Below, piece after piece: positions 8,419 through 18,658 of a stretch of 40,981 bases of DNA. The number at the start of each line of letters is the position of its first letter. Position 1 is the stretch's first letter. The position numbers and the translations under genes are program-made. The stretch spans positions 1-40,981 of the IMG/VR virus record IMGVR_UViG_3300032212_000051. One strand, 5' to 3'. A model generated the notes under the pieces. It ran no database searches. It was given only the letters and a program-made list of their open reading frames with translations, and had not been told where the DNA came from. The stretch comes from a virus. Lineage: Duplodnaviria > Caudoviricetes.

Positions 8419-8420
8419 AA

Positions 8421-11400
8421 TTAAAAGCCCTCCGCGGACCAGGAAAAATCACCACTTACCCGGGTGCCGTTTTGATCAAACAAATAAACTCTAAAATCAG
8501 TCGGGTTCGGCGTATCAGTAAAATCATAAATACCGGTGCGAGCCGTGGTGCCTTTTGGTGTGACGATTATAGATTGCACATCAAGAAAGGCTTTATTAAA
8601 GCTAACCAAGGTGCCGCCACTATCGGTCGAGATCGCGGTGCCAGATCCGGCGTCGGTTTTTTGCTTAACCGCGAGCCGAGTTTTAATCGCATTAATCTGC
8701 AACTGGTCATCACCACCAGCAGCCGCAAAATCCAACCTGATTTTTACATAGCGAAAATTAAGCGCGTATTGCTGCCAGACACCAGGGTAATCCGTCCAGG
8801 CGTCTCCGGCTAATTGCTTAACCGATATTTGTGGCGTTACTGTCACGCTACCATCGAGCACGGTGCTATCGAGTAACAATGTAATCAAAGTACCACTGAG
8901 ATCAGTACCATAGTCATATTCTTGCTCATAAACAGCTGAGTTTGTAGAGGGTTCCAGGTAAAACGGGTAACCCGCATCAATTTGATTTTGCGGTGTGGTC
9001 CAGGCGTTATTTGTAAAGTGCTGCGCGAATGTTTCAGTCGTGTTAACCGGTAAAATGAGTAAGCCGTTTTGCATCTGAAAAATATTAGTTTTCGTGCCAG
9101 AAAAATCACTTATCCATTCCTGGTGCAAAATAAAATCGGGCGGCTCATCAACATTCGCGAGCACCGATTGCTCGGTGCCATAATTGCCAGCACTATCGAT
9201 CGGCACCAGCCAATAACGATACTGACCAGACTGATCCTCGAAGTGACTGAAAAAAGTGCCTTTCAAAACGCCGAGCGTTTCAGCACTAGCAAACAGATCA
9301 CCCTTTCTAAACTCAAATTCAACAATCGGCAAAGTACCCGGTGAGCTGGTCCACTTTAAAAGCACATTGTTATCGATAACCTGTGCCGTCAGGTTTGTTA
9401 ATGTACCCTGGTTAATAGTGACATCAACCGAGCCCGCGGTGCCGGCATTGCCAGCCACATCAACCGGCTCAATCCAGAAACGACGGTTATCCGTCCAGTT
9501 CGCCTTTAAAGTGTGTCTGGTTGCATCAATCTCAGTAATTTGAATAGCACTACCAAATACATCGCCGTAATAAACCTTATAGCCAGACAACGCAAAATCT
9601 CCCGAGCTTGCCGACCAGGATAAAATTACATTTTCCCCCTCGATGATCGAGGAAACATTTGGCTGACTGGGTGGATTAATCACTAAAGTAGTCAACGCGA
9701 TATCAGCAGATAACTGGCGTCGGTCAGTATCTCGAGCGCGAATCATAAAATGATAGGTGTCAGCTGATTTAATCGGTACATTGTGCGTCACTCCCATTAA
9801 ACGAGTGACTGGTGTTGCTGTATCCCAATCGGCAACGGTCGGCACGATGAGCCCGGTTGTCATTCTGATTTCGTAATCATATAAATGCGCGTCGGGCAGT
9901 TCGTTCCAGCTCAAAACAATCTCAAAATCGTTTAACGTAGATGAAAAGCCGGTAACGTCAGAAATCGGTAAATTAGCACCGACAATCTCATGAGAGTGAG
10001 TTATTTTGCTAGAGATATTCGGAATACCAAGCTTGTCCATTAAGACAACTTCGACGACGAGTGTTCCTATTGTCGCCGGCCACGGAAACTGTATTGAACG
10101 ATTATTAGTACTATTAATTATTTTTAAATCTTCACCATCGGGTGCGGCCCTAACAATGGCGCCACCGTAATCACCTGACGTTTCCCAGCTCATCGCGATC
10201 ACTAAACCATGTCCAGCTCCCGCTTTTGATAACGTATCTTTAATATCAAAATCGGTAATCCTTGGTGCGAGGTCCGGGTTATTAACGATCGTATGTGCAT
10301 AATCATTATATTCCGTTGAATAATAACCAGGCTCATCGTCAATCAATGTCAATTTCAAACTGTGGTCACTTACCGGCAAGATATCGATCACCTTTGCACG
10401 TTTGCCTGGTGAGTTAGAGGCGCCAAAAAACCAGATATAATCGACAGGCCCATCAGAATCCAGGTCATCATCCGGGATAAACTCACGCGCCTCGCCACTA
10501 GCTGTCCAGGTCACGTTATTATCTACGACCGACTCGCCGAGTGATGTTGGCCAGACAGGCTCGGTGATACCTGTAGTACCTGAATTTTGCGCGGTGAAAT
10601 ACAATCCGTTAAAAACAGTTGGTTCAATTTCATCACCAGAAACCACGGCCATTGATGACAGCCACTCGCTTTTAATAATGGGTGTACTGAGAGTAATGGT
10701 ATCGGTAGATCCACTGAAAAAATTAACATCATAAATATCATGACGGCCGTCAGGATATCGCAACCCGAAATAATGCTGGTAACCAGACTTAAACTCGACC
10801 TTATGATCAAGCACAAAAACAGTATTACTACCTGATTTTAAACGCCCTGAATCATCCCAGTTCGTCAGGTCGTGGGATAGCTGAACGACATCGCCACGCT
10901 GAACGACGGCGCCCTCCATATCGCTCTCGAAAACAATTTGCCGGCGACGATATTGAAAACTCGCTGCAAGTAAATTAGCTTCTCTACCGGCCTGAATTGC
11001 TGACGTACAGCCCTTTAATTTTACCGATAATTCTCGACCATCTCCCGAGCCATTTGAAACAGATACTTTTACCTCATCTTCCTGGTAGCCGGTATCAGGG
11101 TTAATAAAAGACAAAGCAACATTATCAGGCACCGGTCCGGTACTATAATTCACTTTAAACGTATTTCTACGAATATTGCTCATCCCGAAAATTGTTGTTA
11201 CCGGCAAACTCGGGGCATCCCAAACCACGCCGAGAATCCCATTACACCAGGTAATTGAGCCCCGGCCGCAACGTGCGACAGTGTTTAACATATCCAGGCA
11301 ATTTAATTTCTGGTCGAAAATTAACGAGCACGACAAATTTGCACTATCGCACCAACTGGCAAAGTTTTTTAACCCTTCAATATCAATTTTATTGTCAGGC

Positions 11401-12707
11401 AAACCCGCGCCCGCTGCCAGGTTGCCATTAATAAAAATTCCACGGGTCAGCGCTAACAATATAAAACCCGGATTAGTCGAGTCCTGTGTTATCCAGTCAG
11501 GGTCTGAAAAAACCGGGACTTGAGCCGATACCATGGCATTAAAAAAACCAATCTGACCGTTAAACTGACCGCCGGCTTTAACGCGCAAAGCAACTCTTTT
11601 TTGTCCGCTATAGTCTTTAATATCTGGCTGAAAAGTTTTTAATTGACTCCATAGCAAATTAGAAACTTTAGCTGAGTTAGTATCATCAGCACTAACTCGT
11701 TGAGCTCTAATTTCATACTGACCCTGAGTCACAACCTGACGCCTTGACCATCGCATAAGCTCCCGGCTGGAATGCTTTAAAATATATTGACCATCAACCG
11801 ACTCACCAAAGGTGAGCCACGGAATCGAACCGACTTCGCGATACTGAATCTGAATGGTTGCCTGGTGTTCAATCAGTACCCCCTCATCACTTTGATAAAG
11901 GTAACCTGTTAAATCAAATACCAGGGCAGTCGCATCGAGTGAGCTGGTGCGTGTAATCCAACCCGCCGCATTATCTAGCGTACCGCCTGCCTGTGTATCT
12001 ACATTAGCGGGGAATAGAGTCAGCTTCCCATCGGCGCCTGATTCCTCAATTTCGTAATCATCAAAATCAGTTAACAGCGTATCGCCTATTTTAAAATCAG
12101 ACAAAATCAGGTCGCCGATTCCAAAATGGAAAACTGAATTAAGATACTGGTCGTCACCATAAAATTCTGTATAGGTCGCTGAGCCTAAATCGGGATAAAC
12201 ACGGTGAACACCCATAGTTAACAGCATGGGTGAAAAAGGTCGTGCACGGTTACCCGGTTTACCTACTGAATAATTCGGGTTTGTTTCTTCTTCTTCTGGT
12301 TCTGGAAACGGCACTAATTCATTAATAACAGCAATGCCCGCTACCGCTAAAAGTGCACCCTCGGCACCCATGCCATTGGTATAAATTAAAATCGCGATTG
12401 TTAGTACGGTTCGAACGACTTTTGCCTGATCGGATGACATATCACCACCTTGTAACCGAGGCCTAACAGTTATTAAATCGCCGTCATGTAAAAGCACCTT
12501 TTCCCACTGATCAGAAAACACCAGGTCGCCATTAACGAAAATCACCGGTTCATCAACATTGATAACTGATTGTCGAGAAATATAATCAGACAGCGTTTCA
12601 CCCGGAACAATAACGGTTCGATGAAATTCGCGGCATTTTCCCGTTAGTGGGTGAGGCAGATATACCAGGTCGGCACATGGCTTATTTTGTACTGGTACTA
12701 AATCCAC
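8421..12707 (-). CDS. Central tail fibre / host specificity protein (lambda J-like, N-terminal I-like part, FN3-like repeats)
   Basis: 1428 aa; GQYEIRAQR, STNPG and CTSAIQAGRE motifs; beta-rich C-terminal repeats. Confidence 0.85.
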   Translation of the reverse strand: MDLVPVQNKPCADLVYLPHPLTGKCREFHRTVIVPGETLSDYISRQSVINVDEPVIFVNGDLVFSDQWEKVLLHDGDLITVRPRLQGGDMSSDQAKVVRTVLTIAILIYTNGMGAEGALLAVAGIAVINELVPFPEPEEEETNPNYSVGKPGNRARPFSPMLLTMGVHRVYPDLGSATYTEFYGDDQYLNSVFHFGIGDLILSDFKIGDTLLTDFDDYEIEESGADGKLTLFPANVDTQAGGTLDNAAGWITRTSSLDATALVFDLTGYLYQSDEGVLIEHQATIQIQYREVGSIPWLTFGESVDGQYILKHSSRELMRWSRRQVVTQGQYEIRAQRVSADDTNSAKVSNLLWSQLKTFQPDIKDYSGQKRVALRVKAGGQFNGQIGFFNAMVSAQVPVFSDPDWITQDSTNPGFILLALTRGIFINGNLAAGAGLPDNKIDIEGLKNFASWCDSANLSCSLIFDQKLNCLDMLNTVARCGRGSITWCNGILGVVWDAPSLPVTTIFGMSNIRRNTFKVNYSTGPVPDNVALSFINPDTGYQEDEVKVSVSNGSGDGRELSVKLKGCTSAIQAGREANLLAASFQYRRRQIVFESDMEGAVVQRGDVVQLSHDLTNWDDSGRLKSGSNTVFVLDHKVEFKSGYQHYFGLRYPDGRHDIYDVNFFSGSTDTITLSTPIIKSEWLSSMAVVSGDEIEPTVFNGLYFTAQNSGTTGITEPVWPTSLGESVVDNNVTWTASGEAREFIPDDDLDSDGPVDYIWFFGASNSPGKRAKVIDILPVSDHSLKLTLIDDEPGYYSTEYNDYAHTIVNNPDLAPRITDFDIKDTLSKAGAGHGLVIAMSWETSGDYGGAIVRAAPDGEDLKIINSTNNRSIQFPWPATIGTLVVEVVLMDKLGIPNISSKITHSHEIVGANLPISDVTGFSSTLNDFEIVLSWNELPDAHLYDYEIRMTTGLIVPTVADWDTATPVTRLMGVTHNVPIKSADTYHFMIRARDTDRRQLSADIALTTLVINPPSQPNVSSIIEGENVILSWSASSGDFALSGYKVYYGDVFGSAIQITEIDATRHTLKANWTDNRRFWIEPVDVAGNAGTAGSVDVTINQGTLTNLTAQVIDNNVLLKWTSSPGTLPIVEFEFRKGDLFASAETLGVLKGTFFSHFEDQSGQYRYWLVPIDSAGNYGTEQSVLANVDEPPDFILHQEWISDFSGTKTNIFQMQNGLLILPVNTTETFAQHFTNNAWTTPQNQIDAGYPFYLEPSTNSAVYEQEYDYGTDLSGTLITLLLDSTVLDGSVTVTPQISVKQLAGDAWTDYPGVWQQYALNFRYVKIRLDFAAAGGDDQLQINAIKTRLAVKQKTDAGSGTAISTDSGGTLVSFNKAFLDVQSIIVTPKGTTARTGIYDFTDTPNPTDFRVYLFDQNGTRVSGDFSWSAEGF

Positions 12708-13075
12708 TGATAAAAACCCTCAACAGAAAACCCCTGGTTTGGTAACTCAGAAAGCCGATGTAATACCGTCTGTTTTACCGACCGCATAGCATGCAACACA
12801 TAGTCGCTATTATTAATACTGCAGAAAATACCAACATGATTTAATCTCCCCCGTCCTACCATCAACACCGCACAGCCTTCCTCAGGTTTATCAATTTGAA
12901 CGGCAATATCCGGCTGATATTTAACAATTTGATGACTCAAACCGTGCACGTTCTCGGCACGATCTGACGGCATCGGTATCACCTTGTTAAAAATTTCTCG
13001 CTGTACCTTGGCTGCCAACTCTGCGCAATCGGCATCACTATAAGGAAGGCCGACGTAATGCTCAGCCCAATGCAT
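12698..13075 (-). CDS. NlpC/P60-family tail tip protein (lambda K-like)
   Basis: YVGLPY..ADC, HVGI, VLHA. Confidence 0.8.
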   Translation of the reverse strand: MHWAEHYVGLPYSDADCAELAAKVQREIFNKVIPMPSDRAENVHGLSHQIVKYQPDIAVQIDKPEEGCAVLMVGRGRLNHVGIFCSINNSDYVLHAMRSVKQTVLHRLSELPNQGFSVEGFYQWI

Positions 13076-13551
13076 TAAAATAACCCCGGCGAATTTTCTG
13101 GTGTATGTTTTTTTAAAACAGCCGGTCTATTTAAAATATCGTCATAACTCAGTTGCCCTGTTATCACCATCGGGTCAGCGGTTACTCCGCTTAAATCCAT
13201 GGTCGCCTCCCACTCAATAACATCAGGTTCTGATCTCAATACTTCCATAATCCGACAGGTTGCACCCTGACCACCGCCAGAGGCCTCGAGCCAGTCCATT
13301 AACTCACGACCAACGTTATCAATAGTAATCACAGCTCGAGGCAAACCGCCTTGTGGATCACTTGGCAAACGTATCTCAAATGCCATGGCAATAAATGTTT
13401 CGCCGTTGCTCACCAGCTCAACATTGTCACGCACTACACGCGCAGGCGCAGCTAAACCAGAGTGACTGATCTCTAACAAAATAACCGGGTAGTCACCTGA
13501 GCCGCTCCTGTTAACCTCGAGCAGTCTTTTCTGTGAGTAATTTCTGGCCAT
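13075..13551 (-). CDS. Minor tail protein (DUF1833-like)
   Basis: LLEISH...FEIRLPSD...IDNVGREL...PGLF; position in the tail operon. Confidence 0.8.
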   Translation of the reverse strand: MARNYSQKRLLEVNRSGSGDYPVILLEISHSGLAAPARVVRDNVELVSNGETFIAMAFEIRLPSDPQGGLPRAVITIDNVGRELMDWLEASGGGQGATCRIMEVLRSEPDVIEWEATMDLSGVTADPMVITGQLSYDDILNRPAVLKKHTPENSPGLF

Positions 13552-13913
13552 TAAATGTCTCTAACCTCTAACTGAAAATTAACGCGCCAATCAGGTTCCG
13601 AGCCATCACCTAAATTTACAGGCAGGGCAGAAAATAAACCGTTAATCATCATTACATTTTTAGTTACACCATCGACAGGATCAATCCAGTCAAACCAGCC
13701 AGATCCGAGACCGATATCATCTTTCCACCAGGTTCTAAACGCATCGTATTGCACAGCGGTAAATACATAAGTAAACGAACGTATAAAAACAGGCTGAGAA
13801 TAAAGCCGGGCTTGTTTTGAAAAACCCGATTCCATTTCCGTCCGCAATACTCCCGGGTCGACCTGATTTTGCAGGTCGTCAAACTCTAACGCTTTATGGT
13901 TAGGAAAAGGCAT
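13551..13913 (-). CDS. Distal tail protein
   Basis: LRTEMESG...FRTWW...GSGWFDW; follows the tape measure gene. Confidence 0.75.
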   Translation of the reverse strand: MPFPNHKALEFDDLQNQVDPGVLRTEMESGFSKQARLYSQPVFIRSFTYVFTAVQYDAFRTWWKDDIGLGSGWFDWIDPVDGVTKNVMMINGLFSALPVNLGDGSEPDWRVNFQLEVRDI

Positions 13914-16066
13914 TAGCGACCCGACCTATTTAAGTTAAATATTTTTTGAAAACTCCGGGAAACTGGACCGCCTGTTTGAACATCATCCAGAATCAATCCT
14001 ACGACAAGATCCTTGCCCTGGTGGTTAACACTGACATCAGCCGCCTGTTTATTCCCGCCTTTGTTAGTTACTTCTACCTTTATATTTTGCGGCGTGTTTC
14101 GAAGGTTGTTTATATGACGAGGGTCGTTACTGGTAAGCACTTCCTCATCGTCCTCGAGAATTGCCGGAATCTCATTCGATCGAAGGCCGGGGATCCGGCC
14201 ACCGTGAAAACGTGGCGCACCAATAAAACCCGATAGCGGCATCAATCGACTAGATCCGCCTTTACCTGCCATGCCGCCGCTATGATTTGTCGGCACATAA
14301 CCCGAACCAAAACCGACATTACCGGTGCCACCGGCGCCGCCCGAGCCACCTATTCCTAATGAGCCCATTAATGGCTGTATCAGGCTTTGATAAAAAAGAA
14401 TTCTTAAAATCTGGTTAATGATTGACTCGGCCAGCTCCCGCCAAAGATCCTCGCCTGTCTGTGTCATATCAGCCAGGGCGCCCGCGGTTTCTCGACCCCA
14501 GCCGTCGACCGCTTCGCTGAGATCATCCCAAACATCACTTGCCGCTAGATCCTCGAGGTCACTTTCAAGCGCACTAACCGCCCGGTTATAGGTATCCCAG
14601 TCAATCGCACCTCGTCTAAATAATTCGCCAAGCCGGTCCATTTCCTGCGATAGCTTCTCCGCTTCGGTACGGGTTTCCTCAAAAACTTTCTTGCCTTCTT
14701 CCTGGGTGCGTTGTGAATCTTGCATTGCTTGAATACGTCGGACCATGGCAGCGGCCAACGACAATTCATCAACACTAGCGCCCTGTAAATGCAGTTGATA
14801 AATAGCCATTTCTTCATTAGTCAGGCCAAATGTATCGAGCTGTGCCTGCAGAGCATCAATAATTTTATTGATTGCTGTAATTGCTTTGTCTGGTTTAATA
14901 TCAATTTGCTTATCATCTTCACTGATATTTTTTAAAGCATCGATTAATATTTGTCGTTGTTTTTTAAGCTCATCAATCTGTTGCGAAAGATTATCAAGCC
15001 GTTCAAGTTCTTCTTTACTCTCAATAACATCCGGGGTCGTGTTATAAATTTCTTCCATTTTCGATTGAGCGGCTTCAATATTCTGCGCAATTAAATCAAA
15101 AGCATTTTTTATATCTAGTGATTTTAGCTCGCCCATTTTCTGCACTAAATCAGAAATATGAAAAATAGCGTCATCAATTTCTCGACTAAAGGAAGAAGCG
15201 TCTGCCTCACTAAAAAAGTCAGCAACTGCATTATTTAATGCCGCCTGATTATTAACCAAGTATCGGTAAAAGTCGGTGAGGTGGAGTTTCTCATCTACAG
15301 CGGATAGCATGCGGCTCCATGAATTAACAAAACGAGTCTCTGAGCGCTCAACACTGTCGGGAATAGACTTAAACTCATCATTGATATCGCCAGCCTGTTT
15401 TAGCAGCGAATCAAAAACATCCTTTGATAACACTTCGCCATCGATCACCGCCTGGCGTAACTGGCCGACAGTTTTACCCATGCCCTCGGCGATCCGGTTT
15501 GCCACCTCGGGAATATTCTCTAGCAGCGAATTAAATTCCTCGGCTCTGAAAACGCCCGATGATAAACCCTGAGAAAACTGCAATAAACCGGCCTGCAAAT
15601 TAGCTTTGCTGGCACCGGAAACAATACCTAATTGTTGCACGGAATTAACCAGGCTTAATATTTCTTGGTTTGACGCATTGAGCTCAGGTGCGGCGCGAGC
15701 AATTGACTGAAACAAAGCAACGCTAGTTTCCAGTGCTGTACCGTTATCGCGTGAAATATCATTTAATTGTTTAGATATGGCCACATAATCGCCGGTGGCC
15801 TTGGTTGCTGTTTTAATTCTGGTTTGTAACACATTAAACGCATCGGCCTGACGAACAACAGACTGCGCCAGCTTTAACGCAATATAAACCTTAGCAACAG
15901 TGATAAGTGTTCGCATTGATCCGCTCATCTGATCAATACCTTTAGACGATCGCTTGCCCTGGTCGCCTGATTTTTTCATTTCCGTAGAGACTTTTTTTAA
16001 ATCACCGACAGCCTCGGTAATATCCGCTTTTACTCGAATTAAAAAGTCTTTATCGCTTTGTTTCAT
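13913..16066 (-). CDS. Tail tape measure protein
   Basis: QFSQGLSSGVFRAEEFNSLLEN tape-measure domain, coiled coils, FHGG...EIPAIL C-terminus. Confidence 0.92.
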   Translation of the reverse strand: MKQSDKDFLIRVKADITEAVGDLKKVSTEMKKSGDQGKRSSKGIDQMSGSMRTLITVAKVYIALKLAQSVVRQADAFNVLQTRIKTATKATGDYVAISKQLNDISRDNGTALETSVALFQSIARAAPELNASNQEILSLVNSVQQLGIVSGASKANLQAGLLQFSQGLSSGVFRAEEFNSLLENIPEVANRIAEGMGKTVGQLRQAVIDGEVLSKDVFDSLLKQAGDINDEFKSIPDSVERSETRFVNSWSRMLSAVDEKLHLTDFYRYLVNNQAALNNAVADFFSEADASSFSREIDDAIFHISDLVQKMGELKSLDIKNAFDLIAQNIEAAQSKMEEIYNTTPDVIESKEELERLDNLSQQIDELKKQRQILIDALKNISEDDKQIDIKPDKAITAINKIIDALQAQLDTFGLTNEEMAIYQLHLQGASVDELSLAAAMVRRIQAMQDSQRTQEEGKKVFEETRTEAEKLSQEMDRLGELFRRGAIDWDTYNRAVSALESDLEDLAASDVWDDLSEAVDGWGRETAGALADMTQTGEDLWRELAESIINQILRILFYQSLIQPLMGSLGIGGSGGAGGTGNVGFGSGYVPTNHSGGMAGKGGSSRLMPLSGFIGAPRFHGGRIPGLRSNEIPAILEDDEEVLTSNDPRHINNLRNTPQNIKVEVTNKGGNKQAADVSVNHQGKDLVVGLILDDVQTGGPVSRSFQKIFNLNRSGR

Positions 16067-16341
16067 TGTCTTAAGGACTTGCTCGCTGCGCAGGTTTTAC
16101 CGGTCATCACGATACTAAAATCATCGAGTCGATCGGCTCGATCACGATTATTAGATTTAATCGCATAGTTAAAATACATTTTCAGCTCACGCTCGCTATA
16201 TTGCTTAATATCCGTTAGCCGATGGCCGTGGCCGATCAGCGTCGAAACAATTTCGCCGATCGTTATTCCTGGTCGACACCCATTTCCTCGGCGATCCGGC
16301 TCATTTCCAGGCTGCGACGTTGCAGCCTGGAGAGAAAAAAA
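16063..16341 (-). CDS. Tail assembly chaperone -1 frameshift extension (gpGT-like)
   Basis: Slippery T TTT TTT at 16335-16341; the -1 frame stays open (LIGHGHRLTDIKQYSERELKMYF) to a TGA overlapping the TMP ATG. Confidence 0.7.
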   Translation of the reverse strand, partial: FFSLQAATSQPGNEPDRRGNGCRPGITIGEIVSTLIGHGHRLTDIKQYSERELKMYFNYAIKSNNRDRADRLDDFSIVMTGKTCAASKSLRQ

Positions 16342-16691
16342 CCGCTGTTTACCGTCCAGAAAGTCATAAGCAATAGCTGGCCTTCGTTATCTTTGAGCTG
16401 ATCAAAAAACGCCAGGTCATCGATATCACTCGACTCGACAATCAACTGACGAAATAACGTGAAGTGATCGAAAAATACCTGCTCAAGAATGGATATACCG
16501 ATATCTCCGTTACCGCTATCGCGTAACGCCTTCGATAAATCATCGATCAACGGCTGGGCCAGTTTTGCAACCTGCAGGCCTTTTAAAAAACTGAATTCGG
16601 TGATGGTGATATCACGACTACCGATTTTTAATTTCTTTTCCTTGAATATTGTGCTTAACTCATCCGCTGATTTGTTATCAGTTGAGCTCAT
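16263..16691 (-). CDS. Tail assembly chaperone (gpG-like)
   Basis: Position between tube and TMP; FWTVNSGFF motif. Confidence 0.75.
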   Translation of the reverse strand: MSSTDNKSADELSTIFKEKKLKIGSRDITITEFSFLKGLQVAKLAQPLIDDLSKALRDSGNGDIGISILEQVFFDHFTLFRQLIVESSDIDDLAFFDQLKDNEGQLLLMTFWTVNSGFFLSRLQRRSLEMSRIAEEMGVDQE

Positions 16692-16869
16692 GCGTCACCG
16701 GCTTAGACGTTTTAACAGCAATATTATTTTTTTCCATACGCTCAGCCTGGTCAGCTCGAACACTGATCACCGCGCCGGCCTCAAGCTCTTGTCGTTTGTG
16801 AGTGTGAACGGTTTTTAATTCCACATTCACGAGACTCGGTTTTGTTGTTGCTTGTTTATCTTCTGACAT
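16678..16869 (-). CDS. Small conserved tail-operon protein
   Basis: VELKTVHTH...GAVISV..DQAE pattern. Confidence 0.6.
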   Translation of the reverse strand: MSEDKQATTKPSLVNVELKTVHTHKRQELEAGAVISVRADQAERMEKNNIAVKTSKPVTHELN

Positions 16870-16890
16870 AAGTCACCTATTCAATGCGAT

Positions 16891-16924
16891 AAAAAAACAC
16901 CTGGTTAACGTTAATTAACCAGGT
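16891..16924 (-). terminator. Intrinsic terminator after the tail tube gene
   Basis: ACCTGGTTAA/TTAACCAGGT stem followed by T7 on the minus strand. Confidence 0.7.
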
Positions 16925-16932
16925 AACCGTTT

Positions 16933-17679
16933 TTAATCTTCGGTTTTCCAGGAATAAAACTGGTCGCCTACAGGTCGTAGCGAGTCCACCAGTAGCTCAC
17001 CAGAAATCGGCATATTCGCCGTATCTTCGGTGATCATGCTCAGCGCTGACGGATCAAGTTTCACTTTGTAGAGCTCGCAGCGAGTTTGCTTATCGTTATC
17101 GGCATTATTCATACCGCCGAATACGATATAAACCTCATCATTATTAGGATCGATCTTAATGTGATGTTGAGCAGCGAAACTGTAATCGATTTCAATCGCA
17201 GAGGCATCGGTGATACCGCCGGTGCTTAATATCTCGATCATGCCCTGGTCAGCATGCACAATGTAATCGGTGTTTTCGACGTGTGTCGGGGTACCGCCGG
17301 ATCCGGTCACCACCACCGCGCTCACTTTTGTATGATCTAAAGAAATCATCGCGTCATGATAAGCCGTGTGAGCTTCATCGGTCGCAGAGCCGGCAATTTT
17401 AGTCGTTACCGAACCATGCAAAGCGCGAGCAAGGTGCTGAGGTTTAATTGATCGCATAACGAGATTTAAGTTAAATCCCGAGCGCTTAATAAACGAGGAA
17501 CCAACACCTCGAGATCCTGTCACGTTTTCCAGTGTGGTGCTCTTTTCAACGTTCGGCGTAATTTCAGCCGAATCCAAATCACCGATAAATTTCAGTCCAG
17601 CAGGTTTACCGTTTACATCACGAGGCGCAACATAAACAGGCCCCTGTCCTGAAAAATACTTAGAGTCATAATTTTCCAT
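16933..17679 (-). CDS. Major tail tube protein
   Basis: YFSGQGPVY...LYKVKLDPS; inserted Ig-like segment ENTDYIV..QGMIEI. Confidence 0.8.
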   Translation of the reverse strand: MENYDSKYFSGQGPVYVAPRDVNGKPAGLKFIGDLDSAEITPNVEKSTTLENVTGSRGVGSSFIKRSGFNLNLVMRSIKPQHLARALHGSVTTKIAGSATDEAHTAYHDAMISLDHTKVSAVVVTGSGGTPTHVENTDYIVHADQGMIEILSTGGITDASAIEIDYSFAAQHHIKIDPNNDEVYIVFGGMNNADNDKQTRCELYKVKLDPSALSMITEDTANMPISGELLVDSLRPVGDQFYSWKTED

Positions 17680-17690
17680 TTGTTAAATCC

Positions 17691-18143
17691 TCAGTTAATT
17701 GTCTGACCAGGGGAACCGGCCGTTAATCTCACAATAATCCACCCGTAGGGGAATTCCTGTTGCCAGGAATTTTGTATATCGTCCAGGTACAGCTCCATTC
17801 CTTTAACACCTGAACGAATAAAACTTTTTACATTTTCTGCCATGTCCAGCTCAGCCGCTTCCACCTCAGCCGGTTTTGCCTGGTCATCGACTTTTAAATG
17901 ACCGATTAAAATAAATTCATGTAAGCCGTTTTTTGCAATCATGCCGGGGTTTTTCGAATATTGCCCCTCGCCATTACTCACCAGCATTAAAACCCCTTTC
18001 TTTAAATCAGCGGTTTCATGTTGCGAGTGGTGCTGCATTCGGCTGCGCTGTAAAACATAACCGCTTAAATCCTGGCTATCTTCCATCGCCAAAAAGATCG
18101 CATCCATTCGATCATCCATTCGACCAATCGCCGGGGTAATCAT
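17691..18143 (-). CDS. Putative tail terminator / completion protein
   Basis: Size and position between neck and tube genes. Confidence 0.55.
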   Translation of the reverse strand: MITPAIGRMDDRMDAIFLAMEDSQDLSGYVLQRSRMQHHSQHETADLKKGVLMLVSNGEGQYSKNPGMIAKNGLHEFILIGHLKVDDQAKPAEVEAAELDMAENVKSFIRSGVKGMELYLDDIQNSWQQEFPYGWIIVRLTAGSPGQTIN

Positions 18144-18658
18144 GATTCGAGCTCTCGAATACCACGTTTAATACCGCGGAAAATACGACGCTGACCGGCG
18201 GCTTTTTCTGTTTCAAATGCCGGCTTTAAATACGGTTGTGATGGCGTACCGCGCACCGCGATCGATCTGGCAATTACGAACGCCAGGTCACGCTCATCCA
18301 TCCAGGGTTCGTCCGGGGTAATGTTTCGCACCCGAATCCAGTCCTCAATGCTTTCGACTGGTGGCATTTTTCCCGACGGTGTTTGAGAAGGACCATAGCG
18401 CCCGGTACCATCCTCAGCGGCCTGCGCGTAATTCACGCCCGGGGCCACCACGCCGCTCAATCCATCGAGTGACATTTGTTCATAAATCGACTGCGTTAAC
18501 TGGCTTGTCGCTTTTGGTGCTTTACGTTTTGCCGTGCGCCCCATCTGCAATAAAGTGCGGTGAACAGGTGGTCCGACGTGTTTTCTAAAAACAGGCCCGG
18601 CCTTTGCCAGCGTAAACGGCAACGAACCAGGATCAACGATTAACGCGAGCGAGGTCAT
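18140..18658 (-). CDS. HK97 gp10-like neck / tail completion protein
   Basis: AP..TSQLTQSI, YAQAAEDGT, GTPSQPYLKPAF. Confidence 0.75.
   Translation of the reverse strand: MTSLALIVDPGSLPFTLAKAGPVFRKHVGPPVHRTLLQMGRTAKRKAPKATSQLTQSIYEQMSLDGLSGVVAPGVNYAQAAEDGTGRYGPSQTPSGKMPPVESIEDWIRVRNITPDEPWMDERDLAFVIARSIAVRGTPSQPYLKPAFETEKAAGQRRIFRGIKRGIRELES

Noticed and set aside
7543-12707. Diversity-generating retroelement or invertible tail-fibre cassette
   Set aside because: No reverse transcriptase, no TR/VR pair and no inverted fibre gene copy seen; short inversion sites could have been missed
12698-13075. NlpC/P60 protein as the endolysin
   Set aside because: Its position between the DUF1833-like and J genes matches a lambda K-like tail tip assembly protein
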